Shown: one piece after another, positions 1-10,699 of the stretch
How the letters are laid out: the number at the start of each line of letters is the position of its first letter
Position numbering within the stretch: position 1 is the first letter of the stretch
NCBI GenBank assembly: GCA_963833425.1
Contig: CAWHXP010000007.1
Location: forward strand, 256,001 to 320,000
Length of the DNA stretch: 64,000 bases
Reading direction: 5' to 3'
DNA from: an uncultured Methanosarcinaceae archaeon
Lineage (GTDB): Archaea > Halobacteriota > Methanosarcinia > Methanosarcinales > Methanosarcinaceae
Position numbers and translations under genes: made by a program
Notes under the pieces: generated by a model
The model's input: only the letters and a program-made list of their open reading frames with translations
Database searches by the model: none
What the model was told of the DNA's origin: nothing

Positions 1-231
1 ACAAATACTGAATTGAAACAAGTTTCAATTGACTCTATTAACGGGAAAGGCCATATTGATCTTTTGGTAGAGAGAATCCCTATGATAACAGGAAGATTCC
101 TAGTGACAGTGGCAGTGCATACTCACGATCAAAAACCTTATGATTGGCATGATAAACAGTATTCATTTGATGTGATTCCAACCTGTAGAGATGCTGGAAT
201 TTTTGAGATACCTTGCAATTGGAAAATCTAA
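1..231 (+). CDS. C-terminal end of a polysaccharide ABC transporter ATP-binding protein (Wzt C-terminal carbohydrate-binding domain), 5'-truncated by the window
   Basis: Frame 1 is open from base 1. The pattern 'IPMITGRFLVTVAVH...YDWHDKQYSFDV...GIFEIPCNW' matches Wzt C-termini, and the gene precedes a methyltransferase/glycosyltransferase cluster. Confidence 0.75.
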   Translation, partial: TNTELKQVSIDSINGKGHIDLLVERIPMITGRFLVTVAVHTHDQKPYDWHDKQYSFDVIPTCRDAGIFEIPCNWKI

Positions 232-250
232 GTTCAGGACGTGAGATTTT

Positions 251-1690
251 ATGGATATATTAGAAATCAATTCAGATGAAGTTAATGTTGAGGAAATAAT
301 GAAAAAAATAAGAGAAAATATTCAAAAAAATGGGATTGAAGTCTATCCAAAAGAATTCTGTGAAATTCAAAATGACGCCATAATTAAAAAATATTACATT
401 TGTGATACTATCAAAAATGACTTAGAATATATTAATTCTAACTGGAATGTTCAAAATAACGACTATTTAATTAGCTCTCATCGGCCAGCTGTAGGTAAGT
501 TTCTAATCAAAGGTAGAGAGTTGGTTCATGGAGAAGTAAAACGTTATGTGAATCCAATTATGCAAAAACAAACTGTATTCAATGAAAGTACCGTCAATAT
601 ACTCAATAATGTAGCAGATAATATTATTTTCCTTGACAATAAGGTAGAACAAATAACGCCAATTATTGATCATAAAATTAGACAACTAAAACCAGATATC
701 GATATCAAGTTAGAGCAAATAGCTCCAAATATTGATCTTAAAATTAGACAACTAAAACCGGATATCGATATCAATATAATGCAAATGAAATCAGATATCG
801 ATATCAAAATCGAGCAAATGAAATCAGATATCGATAACAGAATAAGAATGCAAATAAATTCTTTTATTTCTTCAATTAACTCTGATATTGAAAAAAAATC
901 TTGGTTAGCTAATTTAATTGATAAAAAAATATCTTCTCAGATAAATAATCTTGAAGTGGAAATTTCGGAGAATGAAGACTCAAAATCCTCTGAAGATAAA
1001 AATCTCGAATTAAACTACTTCGTATTTGAAGAACGATTCAGAGGATCGAGAGATGAGATCAAGCAGAGACAGCTTAAGTATTTGGATTATTTCAATGGTT
1101 GCAAAAATGTTATTGATGTTGGTTGTGGAAGAGGCGAATTTTTAGAGCTTTTGAGAGAAAACAATATTAAAGCACAGGGACTGGATATTGACATTAATAT
1201 GGTTAAATTTTGTGAGTCAAAAGAATTAAGAGTTAATATGATAGATGCAATTTCATTTCTTGATGAAGTCGAAGATGATAGCCTGGATGGAATATTCATT
1301 AATCAAGTGGTTGAGCATCTTAAGCCAGATTATTTGATTAAAATGCTCAATCTATGTTACCAAAAATTGATGTATGGTTATTTTATAATCATAGAAACTG
1401 TGAACCCCCTCTCATTTGTGTCATTAGTCAATTTCTATATCGATTTGTCTCATGTAAAGCCATTACATCCAGAAACAATGAAATTTCTACTTGAAATTGT
1501 AGGTTTTCGAGAGATTGAACTTAAGTTCTATTCGCCCATAGAAGATAAAATCCGCTTGCAAAAGATTCAATTAGATCAAGGGATGAGAGAACGAGAAAAA
1601 ATGCTTGTTGAAACTATTAACCGAAACATGGACATTTTAAATAATCAACTATATGGCCCTCAAGATTATACATTCTTTGGGAAAAAATAA
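251..1690 (+). CDS. Class I SAM-dependent methyltransferase with N-terminal coiled-coil/repeat region (probable glycan-capping methyltransferase)
   Basis: FEERFRGS motif, SAM motif VIDVGCGRGEF, QVVEHL, ETVNP...FYIDLSHVKPLHP, C-terminal YGPQDY. Confidence 0.85.
   Translation: MDILEINSDEVNVEEIMKKIRENIQKNGIEVYPKEFCEIQNDAIIKKYYICDTIKNDLEYINSNWNVQNNDYLISSHRPAVGKFLIKGRELVHGEVKRYVNPIMQKQTVFNESTVNILNNVADNIIFLDNKVEQITPIIDHKIRQLKPDIDIKLEQIAPNIDLKIRQLKPDIDINIMQMKSDIDIKIEQMKSDIDNRIRMQINSFISSINSDIEKKSWLANLIDKKISSQINNLEVEISENEDSKSSEDKNLELNYFVFEERFRGSRDEIKQRQLKYLDYFNGCKNVIDVGCGRGEFLELLRENNIKAQGLDIDINMVKFCESKELRVNMIDAISFLDEVEDDSLDGIFINQVVEHLKPDYLIKMLNLCYQKLMYGYFIIIETVNPLSFVSLVNFYIDLSHVKPLHPETMKFLLEIVGFREIELKFYSPIEDKIRLQKIQLDQGMREREKMLVETINRNMDILNNQLYGPQDYTFFGKK
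635..865 (+). repeat. About seven in-frame 33-bp (11-aa) tandem repeats
   Basis: DNKVEQITPII/DHKIRQLKPDI/DIKLEQIAPNI/DLKIRQLKPDI/DINIMQMKSDI/DIKIEQMKSDI/DNRIRMQINSF; 'gatatcgat' recurs in the DNA. Confidence 0.9.
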
Positions 1691-1958
1691 TTATCATAAA
1701 TCGTAAAAAAAGTTGAAATGAAATACATCTTGCTAAAAAATTATCTAATGCTTAATTTGTTCAACCAATTTCATGTGTTGCTGGTAATGAGTTGATATCA
1801 AAACTTATTTCTGAATTGATTTAATGATTCGAATCTCGATTTGCCATCCAAAACACTAGATTCAAAGAGGAAATTTTGAGTTTTGGATTGGCTCAATGAA
1901 TATATCTTCAATTGCATTTTAGTGCTTAAAGTTGTAGTGAGCTATTGAGTGATAATTT

Positions 1959-4900
1959 ATGCATATACTCATGTGTAATGAAAGGTTTCTTTTCCGATTT
2001 GGTGCAGATAGAGTAAATTTAATTTTAGGAAAGGGGCTGAAGGATCTAGGCCATATAGTGTCTTTTATGGCAAATAAATATGATAAAAATGTCGTAGAAT
2101 CTATTTCGTCCCAAATTATCGAAATTCCTGCTTTAACAGACGACTACCTAGATTCAAATGAGTATACTGTTAAATGGTTAGAGCAAAATTGGAATAAACA
2201 TTTCAATACCAATAGTAAGCCAGATGTTGTTTTAATTAATGGATGGCCTTTTTTTTCAGCCATTCGTTTTTTTAATAAAGTAGGAATTAAAACGATTTTC
2301 ATAGATTATGGTGCAGTTCCTCTTGAGGGTTTTTCTGGTGGGGCCAAAATTGTTCAGGAAAAACTGCGTCTATTGAGAAAAATGTTTCTGCCAGATGCGT
2401 CTCTTATTATTGGCATAAGCCAATTTATAGTTGATTCCCAAAGTAAAATTGACGTAGAGAATAGAGTGCCGACAAAAGTAATTCTATTGGGTGCAGACCA
2501 CATGAGAATGAAAGTTTGGGACTCTGAGGATCTACTTTTATCTAAATCTTCTGAATATAAGGCTAATCTCCTTGAGTCATTAAAATCCAAGGGGAAAAAA
2601 ATTATATTAAATTTAGGTCGATGGGAACCCGGTAGTTACAAAAATTCAGACGTTTCCTTTGATGTAATGCGCCAAATAATTAAGTTTTTCCCAAATTGTG
2701 TTTTACTTATTCTTGCTAATTCTAAAGATGTTGAGATTCCCACTGATTTGAAAAAATCTATCCTTCCAATTGGTTTTCCTGATGACGAAGAGTTAATAAA
2801 AATAATGGAAGAAGCTGATATAGGGATTTCACTTTCTCTTTGGGAAGGGTTTAATTTGCCAATCGCAGAGATGCAAATTCTTGGTCGACCTGTTCTCGCT
2901 TTTAATATAGGTGCACATCCTGAAGTTATTATTCATCCGTGGTATTTATGCAAAAATAATTATGAAATGGTTGATAAAGCCTGTGATATTTTAAGGGGTA
3001 AGGGATTAGATGTCGATATAAAAAGAGATTCATTGAATAAATTTATGAATTATTTTAAGTGGGAACGGGTAATTCGTGAATATAACATGCTTTTGGAAGA
3101 ATTGATTTCAGAAAATGATACACATGCACAAGAAAAAATCTCCTTAATAATCGATGTAACAAATGCTGCCAGAGACCCTGCAAACTCTGGTGTCATACGT
3201 GTAACTCGCAGATTAAGCCGCGAATTCCAAAAATATTTAGATCCAATTTTTGTGATTTGGAATCAACAAGATAATTGTTATGTATTCCCCACAATAGAAG
3301 AATTTCAAACTTTAGGACAGTTTAACGGTCCCTTATTATCTAATAAAAATAGAACATCACCTGCAGACCATAGAATTACCCTTAACGATTGTTTAGTTCA
3401 CCTTAATAATGAATCAACTAAATGGCTTATCTTTACCGAAACTCTTGACGAGTCATATGGGAAGCTAGTCCGCCGATATGCAAGGGCTCATGCCATTAAT
3501 TTAACAGCAATTTTTTATGATGCAATTCCATTATTGTTTACTGAATTTTGTAAAGATGAAGTAATCAGAAATAATCATGCCAGTTATATGATTGGACTTG
3601 CCGAATGCGACATTATTATCCCGATTTCAAATTATTCTTCTTCATGCTTGGATAATTTCTGGAAAGATCATAATATTAAAGGTTGTGTTTTGTCACCAAA
3701 TTTACTTCCTGGAGAATTTGGTGGTTTTGAAAGAACTCAAAACATTCAAGAATCAATACCAAGTAAAGTTAGTATCTTATGTGTATCTACATTAGAACCT
3801 CGAAAAAATCATAAAAAACTTATTGATGCCTGCCTTCAAATGCAAGAAAAACATCCTGAACTGGATTGGACTTTGACATTGGTCGGTAATCGCTATGCAG
3901 GTGCATTTGATATTGCAGATCACGTTCAGAACATTTCAAAGCAAAATCCCAGAATAACGTGGTTAGGAGTTGTTGATGATGCTACACTGCATGAGCTTTA
4001 TAAAGAAGCTACGTTCACAGTATATCCCTCAATAATCGAAGGTTTTGGTATGCCTATTTTGGAAAGTATTTGGCATGGGAAACCCTGTATCTGTTATCAG
4101 GAGGGCGTAATGTCAGAGATCGCAGCCGAAGGCGGCTGCCTGACTACCGATGTATTAGATGAGAATAAGTTATCCTATGACATATATCGATTAGCTATTG
4201 ATAAAGAATTATTGCTTAAATTATCAAAAGAAGCAGTTGTACGAAAGATTAAGACATGGGAGGATTATGCACGCAGCTTCCTACATATTCTTCAATCGCA
4301 TAACCCAATTATGAAGTCTACTATAACTCAAAATCAGTGTATTGCATCACAAAATAACCGAAACTTGGAAGATGTTCTTTATCCAGAATGCTTATGCAAA
4401 AATTGGCAAATGAATCATTCGGAGAGATTAGTTCTGACAGCGCTACTGTCACGTTTGAAACCTCTATGTAGTATCGAAGTCGGGACTTACGGAGGGGGGT
4501 GTTTATCCCTTATCTCACGATATTCGAAAATGGTTTTTTCCCTTGATATTGATCCAAGATTACCTGATAAATTTAGTAATTTGAGAAATATAACTTTTTT
4601 GATTGGACCTTACTCAGTTACGTTGTCTAGATTGCTACAGGAATTGGCTGCTGAAAATATCCCAATTGAGTTTGTTCTCATTGACGTAGATCATACCGCT
4701 GAAGGGATCAAAGATGCTATAGATTGTTTACTCAGTTATATTCCTCAAAAACCACTTTTTGTAGTCCTTTATGGTAGTTTCAACCCAGAATGTCGCCAAA
4801 GAATATTAGAAACAAATTGGGAGAAATCTCTCTATATACATTATTTAGACGTTGATTTTGTACTCGGTAGATTAGTTGAGAATGAAAAAACTCCTCATGG

Positions 4901-5018
4901 AGAAATGCGAGGAGGATTGTTGTTAGCATATTTGAAGCCTGACAGGCGCAGTCTCAAGCTGGAAATAAATCAAACTGGCAAGGAAATATATGAAAAAGTT
5001 AGTCAATATTTAGAATAA
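1959..5018 (+). CDS. Multidomain glycosyltransferase: two GT4 (GT-B) modules plus a C-terminal methyltransferase-like domain
   Basis: Two EX7E motifs (SLWEGFNLPIAE; SIIEGFGMPILE), STLEPRKNH, C-terminal SIEVGTYGGG...IDVDHT. Confidence 0.85.
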   Translation: MHILMCNERFLFRFGADRVNLILGKGLKDLGHIVSFMANKYDKNVVESISSQIIEIPALTDDYLDSNEYTVKWLEQNWNKHFNTNSKPDVVLINGWPFFSAIRFFNKVGIKTIFIDYGAVPLEGFSGGAKIVQEKLRLLRKMFLPDASLIIGISQFIVDSQSKIDVENRVPTKVILLGADHMRMKVWDSEDLLLSKSSEYKANLLESLKSKGKKIILNLGRWEPGSYKNSDVSFDVMRQIIKFFPNCVLLILANSKDVEIPTDLKKSILPIGFPDDEELIKIMEEADIGISLSLWEGFNLPIAEMQILGRPVLAFNIGAHPEVIIHPWYLCKNNYEMVDKACDILRGKGLDVDIKRDSLNKFMNYFKWERVIREYNMLLEELISENDTHAQEKISLIIDVTNAARDPANSGVIRVTRRLSREFQKYLDPIFVIWNQQDNCYVFPTIEEFQTLGQFNGPLLSNKNRTSPADHRITLNDCLVHLNNESTKWLIFTETLDESYGKLVRRYARAHAINLTAIFYDAIPLLFTEFCKDEVIRNNHASYMIGLAECDIIIPISNYSSSCLDNFWKDHNIKGCVLSPNLLPGEFGGFERTQNIQESIPSKVSILCVSTLEPRKNHKKLIDACLQMQEKHPELDWTLTLVGNRYAGAFDIADHVQNISKQNPRITWLGVVDDATLHELYKEATFTVYPSIIEGFGMPILESIWHGKPCICYQEGVMSEIAAEGGCLTTDVLDENKLSYDIYRLAIDKELLLKLSKEAVVRKIKTWEDYARSFLHILQSHNPIMKSTITQNQCIASQNNRNLEDVLYPECLCKNWQMNHSERLVLTALLSRLKPLCSIEVGTYGGGCLSLISRYSKMVFSLDIDPRLPDKFSNLRNITFLIGPYSVTLSRLLQELAAENIPIEFVLIDVDHTAEGIKDAIDCLLSYIPQKPLFVVLYGSFNPECRQRILETNWEKSLYIHYLDVDFVLGRLVENEKTPHGEMRGGLLLAYLKPDRRSLKLEINQTGKEIYEKVSQYLE

Positions 5019-5031
5019 TGGAGTCATTATA

Positions 5032-6684
5032 ATGAAAAGGCGAATAATTTTTTGTTGTAATGTATACCCCCCCAATTTTATTGGAGGAGCTGAGTTAATA
5101 GCTCATTCTCAGGCTTTAGAGTTGAAAAAAAATGGCCATGAAGTAATAGTTTTTACCGGCGATATTAGTGAATTTGGGAAGAGGCATTCAATAAGACGTG
5201 AAGTCTATGAAGGTTTGACAGTTTTTCGGATACGTCTTGTTTCGGAAGACTATGAACCAGAATATATCAATTTTTACCATGAAAAAGTGGAAAATTATTT
5301 TAAAGAGGTTATCAATAGTTTTTCTCCGGATGTTGTACATTTTCACAATATCATAGGTTTATCTCTCGGGTTAATTTCCATTGCAAAACAAAGGGGGATT
5401 AAAACGGTTTTAACTCTCCATGATAATTGGGGTTTTTGCTATAAAAATACAATCATTAAGAGTGAAGGTGAGATTTGCCAGAATTTTATGCGTTGTAGAG
5501 AATGCAAACCATATATTTCGGATGAGAACAACAAGAACATTCCCATGAGAATCCGGCAAGACTTTTTCAAATTAATCTTTAGAGATGTAGATGAATTTAT
5601 ATCTCCAAGTCAATACCTTGCAAGGAATTATCATTTGGCTGGTATACCTGAAGAGAAAATTCATGTAATATGGAATGGAATTGATGTCCAGAAATTTTCG
5701 AATTTTTTAAAAGTTCCTGATGACAAACGGATTAGATTTACTTACATCGGATATTTTGGCAAACATAAAGGTATCGATGTGCTACTTGACGCATTGTCAT
5801 ACCTTACCAATCCGAATTGTTTTTCTGTCAATCTTGTAGGTAAAGGAGAATTAATTGAGAATCTTAAGAATAAAGTTAAGGAAATGGAACTTGAAGATAT
5901 CGTTTCCTTTTGGGGTAGAATTGATGATATTGGTGATGCTTATCGTAAAACAGATGTACTCATTCTCCCATCTATTTGGCCTGAAAATCAGCCGGTAACA
6001 ATTACAGAAGCAATGGCAGCAAGACTTCCGGTTATTAGTTCGAATTTAGGTGGAGTCCCAGAACTCATTGAAGATGGGGAAACGGGATATCTTTTTGAAC
6101 CAGGAAATCCGAAAGATCTTGCTCAGAAAATGTCAGAGTTTTTGTTACATCCGGAAAAAATGAAAATATTTGGAGAAGTTGCATATAATAAAATTGTAAA
6201 TAATACTTTAGGGAATCAGGTTAAAAAAATAGTTGATATTTATGATCTAAAAAATTCTGAGTTGGAACTCCAATGCGATGACGAAATAGTTGTAGCATGT
6301 ATCGGCAAAAATTTTGATTCGAGATGTGCTCAAGCTATAACTTATTTTCTAAATAAAAACCCAGAATTAAATATCCGCTTTATAATGATCGAATGGCTCC
6401 AAGAAGATCAGTTGAAACTAGTGAAAATTTTATGGATAGTTGATCCACAGATTGATAAAAATGAGATATATATAGCTTTAAATAATAAATTTCCTATTCT
6501 CGTTCCAGCGTGGAATAACATTTTGAAAAATATCTGCATAAAAGGAAATTGTGGTCTGTATTACCGTGACGCTTGGGAGGCTGAAGAGTGTTTGGAATTT
6601 CTTGTAAACAATGACAGAGAGAGGAAAATATTAGGCCTAAATTGTTTTAAGTATTCTAACAAGGCAACTATTCAGCCTGGATAA
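5032..6684 (+). CDS. Glycosyltransferase family 4
   Basis: YPPNFIGGAE, PDVVHFHN, TLHD, PSIWPENQPVTITEAMA, GGVPELIEDGETG. Confidence 0.9.
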   Translation: MKRRIIFCCNVYPPNFIGGAELIAHSQALELKKNGHEVIVFTGDISEFGKRHSIRREVYEGLTVFRIRLVSEDYEPEYINFYHEKVENYFKEVINSFSPDVVHFHNIIGLSLGLISIAKQRGIKTVLTLHDNWGFCYKNTIIKSEGEICQNFMRCRECKPYISDENNKNIPMRIRQDFFKLIFRDVDEFISPSQYLARNYHLAGIPEEKIHVIWNGIDVQKFSNFLKVPDDKRIRFTYIGYFGKHKGIDVLLDALSYLTNPNCFSVNLVGKGELIENLKNKVKEMELEDIVSFWGRIDDIGDAYRKTDVLILPSIWPENQPVTITEAMAARLPVISSNLGGVPELIEDGETGYLFEPGNPKDLAQKMSEFLLHPEKMKIFGEVAYNKIVNNTLGNQVKKIVDIYDLKNSELELQCDDEIVVACIGKNFDSRCAQAITYFLNKNPELNIRFIMIEWLQEDQLKLVKILWIVDPQIDKNEIYIALNNKFPILVPAWNNILKNICIKGNCGLYYRDAWEAEECLEFLVNNDRERKILGLNCFKYSNKATIQPG

Positions 6685-7976
6685 AACACTATCAATAAAT
6701 ACTTTTTTTAAGATTAATTGGTAAATTTCAGTAATTTAATTTTGTTAACTATAGCTATTACTTTGTTTCTCTTTTTCCATTAGTTAGTAATTAGAAATAT
6801 TTATTACTTCAAAATCAATATAAATCGGCTGTTTTTGGTAGGTTGGATGGCTGCTTAAAGAGTTATTCGTTGGTCATCGGTTACGGAATTATTTCCTTCT
6901 TAATCCTACCTTTTTTGACTCCTATTACATTATATATTATTTCAACAATTCCTCGCAAAATCTTCCAATGTTTACGTGTGGATCTTATTCTTGATTTCTA
7001 TATACACTCATTTCACACATTGAGCTAATATAGCGAAGTGGGAATATATGAAATTCAACATTCTATAATTTCGGTTTTATCGAGTAAAGTCAACGCAGTA
7101 AATATCATTTCAAATATCGTGGAGATACATACCGATGTCGACATCGCGTGTATAGCAAACGCATCTGGTATTTGCTTTGTAATGTATTAGCTAAAAAACC
7201 AAGGAAAATTTGAGATCAGTTCAAATTAGCATTACAGATGCCACAGCTAAAAGTTCAGCAGATTTGTACTGCAGTGTAATTATTATAGTTAACAGCAATT
7301 GGAGTGTGGTTTAGTTAGACGCCCTCGTTCCAGTTGCAGTTGAATTATTCGAATTGAGAAACACCATAGTTTAAACTTAATGATCTGATAACTTTTTACT
7401 TATTTCTTTTCAGTTCCTTTAAGCTGATTTAGATAGGTTTTCTGCAAAGCTCAAAAATTATCTCTTCTTTTTACGACCTAAAGTTAAAGGGTTCTATACA
7501 GAATACTTTCATTCGATTCCTCAAGATTGGAAAATTTCAAGACCTCATTATGGTTGATCTATTTACGGGTGTGATTTACACCGAAGTTCTAATGTAAGTT
7601 TATAGCTTAGTAAAAATATAATTAAAGGATCAAATAGATTCCTTGATTCTTGTGCTTACCTCAAAATGGGGGAAATTAAGTTGCTTATAATATTTTCAAT
7701 GGTAAGAATAATTCTGATAGAGATCATATATTGTCGGTAGGAGTAATTTAATAAGTTTCTAGTTTAGTTTGGGCGTTGGTCGATAAAACAAGACTATGGA
7801 TATGAATTTTATTTAACTATCAAAATTAGAATTTTAATTATTTTTTATCTGTAAAATCTTAATTTTTCCGAATATTTGACCTTCATACACAAAAAGTCAA
7901 GGCAAAAAGTTTTTGATGACCTGAATACAGTATAAAATTAATTAATGTTAACACAAATACTAGTTGGAGATTTCCT

Positions 7977-8922
7977 ATGCCTACAAAGAATAATATACTT
8001 GTGACAGGTGGAGCCGGATTTATAGGGAGCCACTTGGTTGATCGCCTTATAGAAGAAGGAAACAGAATTACTATTTTTGATAATCTGAGTTCAGGAAAAA
8101 TTAAATTTATAGAGAAACATCTTGAAAACACTGATTTTACATTGATTAAAGGAGACATTCTTGACCATGAAAGGATAGAAAGAGCTTGCAAAGATATTGA
8201 CCTAGTTTATCATATAGCTGCGAATCCAGATGTCAGGCTTGGGACTTCAGATACTAAAATCCATTTCGATCAGAACATTTTAGCAACATACAATCTTCTG
8301 GAATCTATGAGAAAAAACGAAGTTAAAAAAGGTAGTATTTACCTCCACCTCTACAATTTATGGAGAGGCACAAATCATGCCAACTCCAGAGAATTACGGC
8401 CCCCTGATACCTATATCACTATATGGCGCTTCCAAACTTGCCTGTGAAGCTCTTATTACCGCATATTCTCATACTTTTGATATCCAAGCATGGATCTTCC
8501 GTTTTGCAAATATTGTCGGCTCTCGTAGCACTCATGGGATTATTGTTGATTTCATCCGAAAACTGCGAGAAAATCCTACCCAGCTGGAGATTTTGGGTGA
8601 CGGTAAGCAGGAAAAGTCCTATTTGCATGTATCAGAGTGCGTCAATTCGATATTGTTTGCAATAAAAAAAAGCAGAGAAGATGTAAATATTTTTAATATT
8701 GCCTCAGAAGATACCATCAGTGCTACAGAAATAGGAAAAATTATTGTGGAAGAAATGGATCTTTCTGATATTAAGTTTAACTACACTGGGGGGAGCAGGG
8801 GCTGGAGAGGTGATGTAACAAGGATGAGATTAGACATCGAAAAACTCAAGGCCATAGGATGGAAGCCTGCCTATACGTCAGAGAGGAGCGTGAGGGAAAC
8901 TGTAAGATCATTGATTACTTGA
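7977..8922 (+). CDS. NAD-dependent sugar epimerase/dehydratase, split by one frameshift in an A-run near 8325-8331
   Basis: TGGAGFIGS Rossmann motif and YGASK catalytic motif. The two ORFs join as VKKVVFTSTSTIYGEA after a 1-nt correction. Confidence 0.9.
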
Positions 8923-8959
8923 TATAGGTTCATATACTCCTGTAATCTCTAAAGTTATT

Positions 8960-9301
8960 GATTTCAATATATATCTTTATTACTTTTTTCTTCTTCATAT
9001 GACTTTAATAAGGTCAATAAATTCTACAAAATCTCGATAGTCTGTACCAATATACTCTTTCAACAAAATCAGTACAAGAAGCTGATGCTGGGTATTAACG
9101 TGTTTTTAATGCTTGCTGGAATGAAGCTTCAGTCTCGAAGACTGAACTGTTTCAAGGCTGTTATCAACAAATTTAATGTACTTATTAAACTTCAATATTG
9201 AATGTTCCTTCATTTTTAGCAGAGAAATAAGAAGAGTATTCTAATGGAGCAATCATAATAATGTAGTGTGAAAGTTCAATTTAGAGCATTTTTACAGAGC
9301 C
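8960..9301 (-). mobile_element. Truncated copy (left end and transposase 5' part) of the ISH1-group IS5-family element at 55134-57269
   Basis: Near-identical to about 56970-57269 (shared 'aaatcagtacaagaagctgatgctgggtat' and 'ttcagtctcgaagactgaactgtttcaaggct'); ends in the same terminus 'tacagagcc'. Left boundary approximate. Confidence 0.85.
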
Positions 9302-9804
9302 CATATTTTCACGATTTATGACATGATTGAAACTTTATTGTTGGTGGGTCAATAGGTTGTCAGCCAAAAAATAAAATATTGCTTTATCAGGACAATAAAA
9401 ATATTTTACAACCTAGATTATTGTTTTAGTAAGTATGATATTTGTTGATAATTGTTGGCTATTCTTCAAAATTATTAGAAAACATAAATAATATTTAACA
9501 GTAGTTCAGCTTTCAAATTCTTCATGCGAAAATAATTTATCTATGAATCTATTGTAAAAACTGTAAATTTCAAACGCTAATTCTTTTTAAATGTTCCGTA
9601 CTGAAATATATCTAATTCAGAAATTATAATATTGTATATTTAATATAATTTTATTGTTCGATGTTAAAATATTTTTTGTCGAAAAAACTTTTATTCAGAA
9701 ATTAATTTTCTTATAATAAATTTAAAATAATCAAGATGCTTATTAAAGTTGTGTTCACTGCCGTTTGAAAATACATTTAGTTAGATCGTGCATTGCTGTT
9801 TAAA

Positions 9805-9894
9805 GAGGATTTCTATAAGCACATAAATTTAGTGAGCTGCCGATATGCTGGTATTTAAAAAAACTCGTAGAAATTAGAGTTTATTGGAGTCCTC
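9805..9894. mobile_element. ~90-bp MITE with IS5-like TIRs
   Basis: Ends gaggatttctataagc ... gtttattggagtcctc are imperfect inverted repeats similar to the IS5 TIR gagaatttcgataa. Confidence 0.65.
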
Positions 9895-10081
9895 TTAATT
9901 GAACAAAAGTTAGACAGGTAAAACTAAGCTAGATGTTGGTAAAGAGGTAATAGATGAAAGTAAATAACTAAATTATTAATATGTTAGACAGAAAAAATTG
10001 AAATAACTAAGAAACTATAATACTTATTGTAGTTCACTAAACTTTGTGAACACATTTAGTTTGTTCGAATAGTATTAGATT

Positions 10082-10168
10082 GAGGATTTCAATATAAATC
10101 CAAATTTTGACAGCTGTCTATACACCATTATAGACACTCAAAGAAAGTAGAGATTCATAGAAATCCTC
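10082..10168. mobile_element. 87-bp MITE, inverted relative to the 9805-9894 copy
   Basis: Ends gaggatttcaat ... atagaaatcctc; aligns by eye to the reverse complement of 9805-9894. Confidence 0.65.
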
Positions 10169-10315
10169 CAAAAATGAAAAGTTAGACAGAGATAACAAAC
10201 TAGACAGAAATCAGTATCAAAATTTTTGGAATTAATAGAATAGACATCAATCAACTGATTTTTGAAGAGTTAGCAAAAAGCAAATTCGTATTAAAAATAA
10301 ACGGAGGAAAATAAT

Positions 10316-10699
10316 ATGTTAAAAATTAGTATGAAAAAGGCACTAGCTATTTTGCTGATAGTTCTTGTAGTAGGAACGTTGGCAGCTGTGGCTGTTGATG
10401 GAAGTAGAGGCGGTCGTGGCGGAGGTCGTGGCGGAGGTCACTTTGGCGGCCGAGGCGGCTGGGGCGGCTGGGGCGGCTGGGGCGGCTACGGCGGCTACGG
10501 AGGCTGGGGCGTCGGATATCCAGTTGTTGGTTATGGCGCTTGCGGTCTTGGACTAGGTACATGCGGTCTTGGCTATGGCGTCTACGGCGGCTGGCCCTCC
10601 TGGGGCTGGGGCAACGGCGGCTGGGGCTGGGGCAACGGCGGCTGGGGCGGTCGAGGCTGGTATGGCGGACGTGGCGGACGTGGCGGACGTGGACGTTAA
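10316..10699 (+). CDS. Secreted or membrane-anchored glycine-rich low-complexity protein (RGG, GGW, GGY repeats)
   Basis: RBS ggagg upstream; signal-like N-terminus MKKALAILLIVLVVGTLAAVAVD; T-rich tract downstream; GC-rich codon island in AT-rich DNA. Confidence 0.85.
   Translation: MLKISMKKALAILLIVLVVGTLAAVAVDGSRGGRGGGRGGGHFGGRGGWGGWGGWGGYGGYGGWGVGYPVVGYGACGLGLGTCGLGYGVYGGWPSWGWGNGGWGWGNGGWGGRGWYGGRGGRGGRGR

Larger units (their letters stand above)
9738..10210 (+). repeat. Diverged tandem duplication (~280-bp period) upstream of the glycine-rich gene
   Basis: The blocks 'cttatt..gttcact..acatttagtt..tcg', [MITE] and 'aaaagttagacag..aa.ctaga' occur twice, at about 9738-9935 and 10022-10210. 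Confidence 0.7.
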
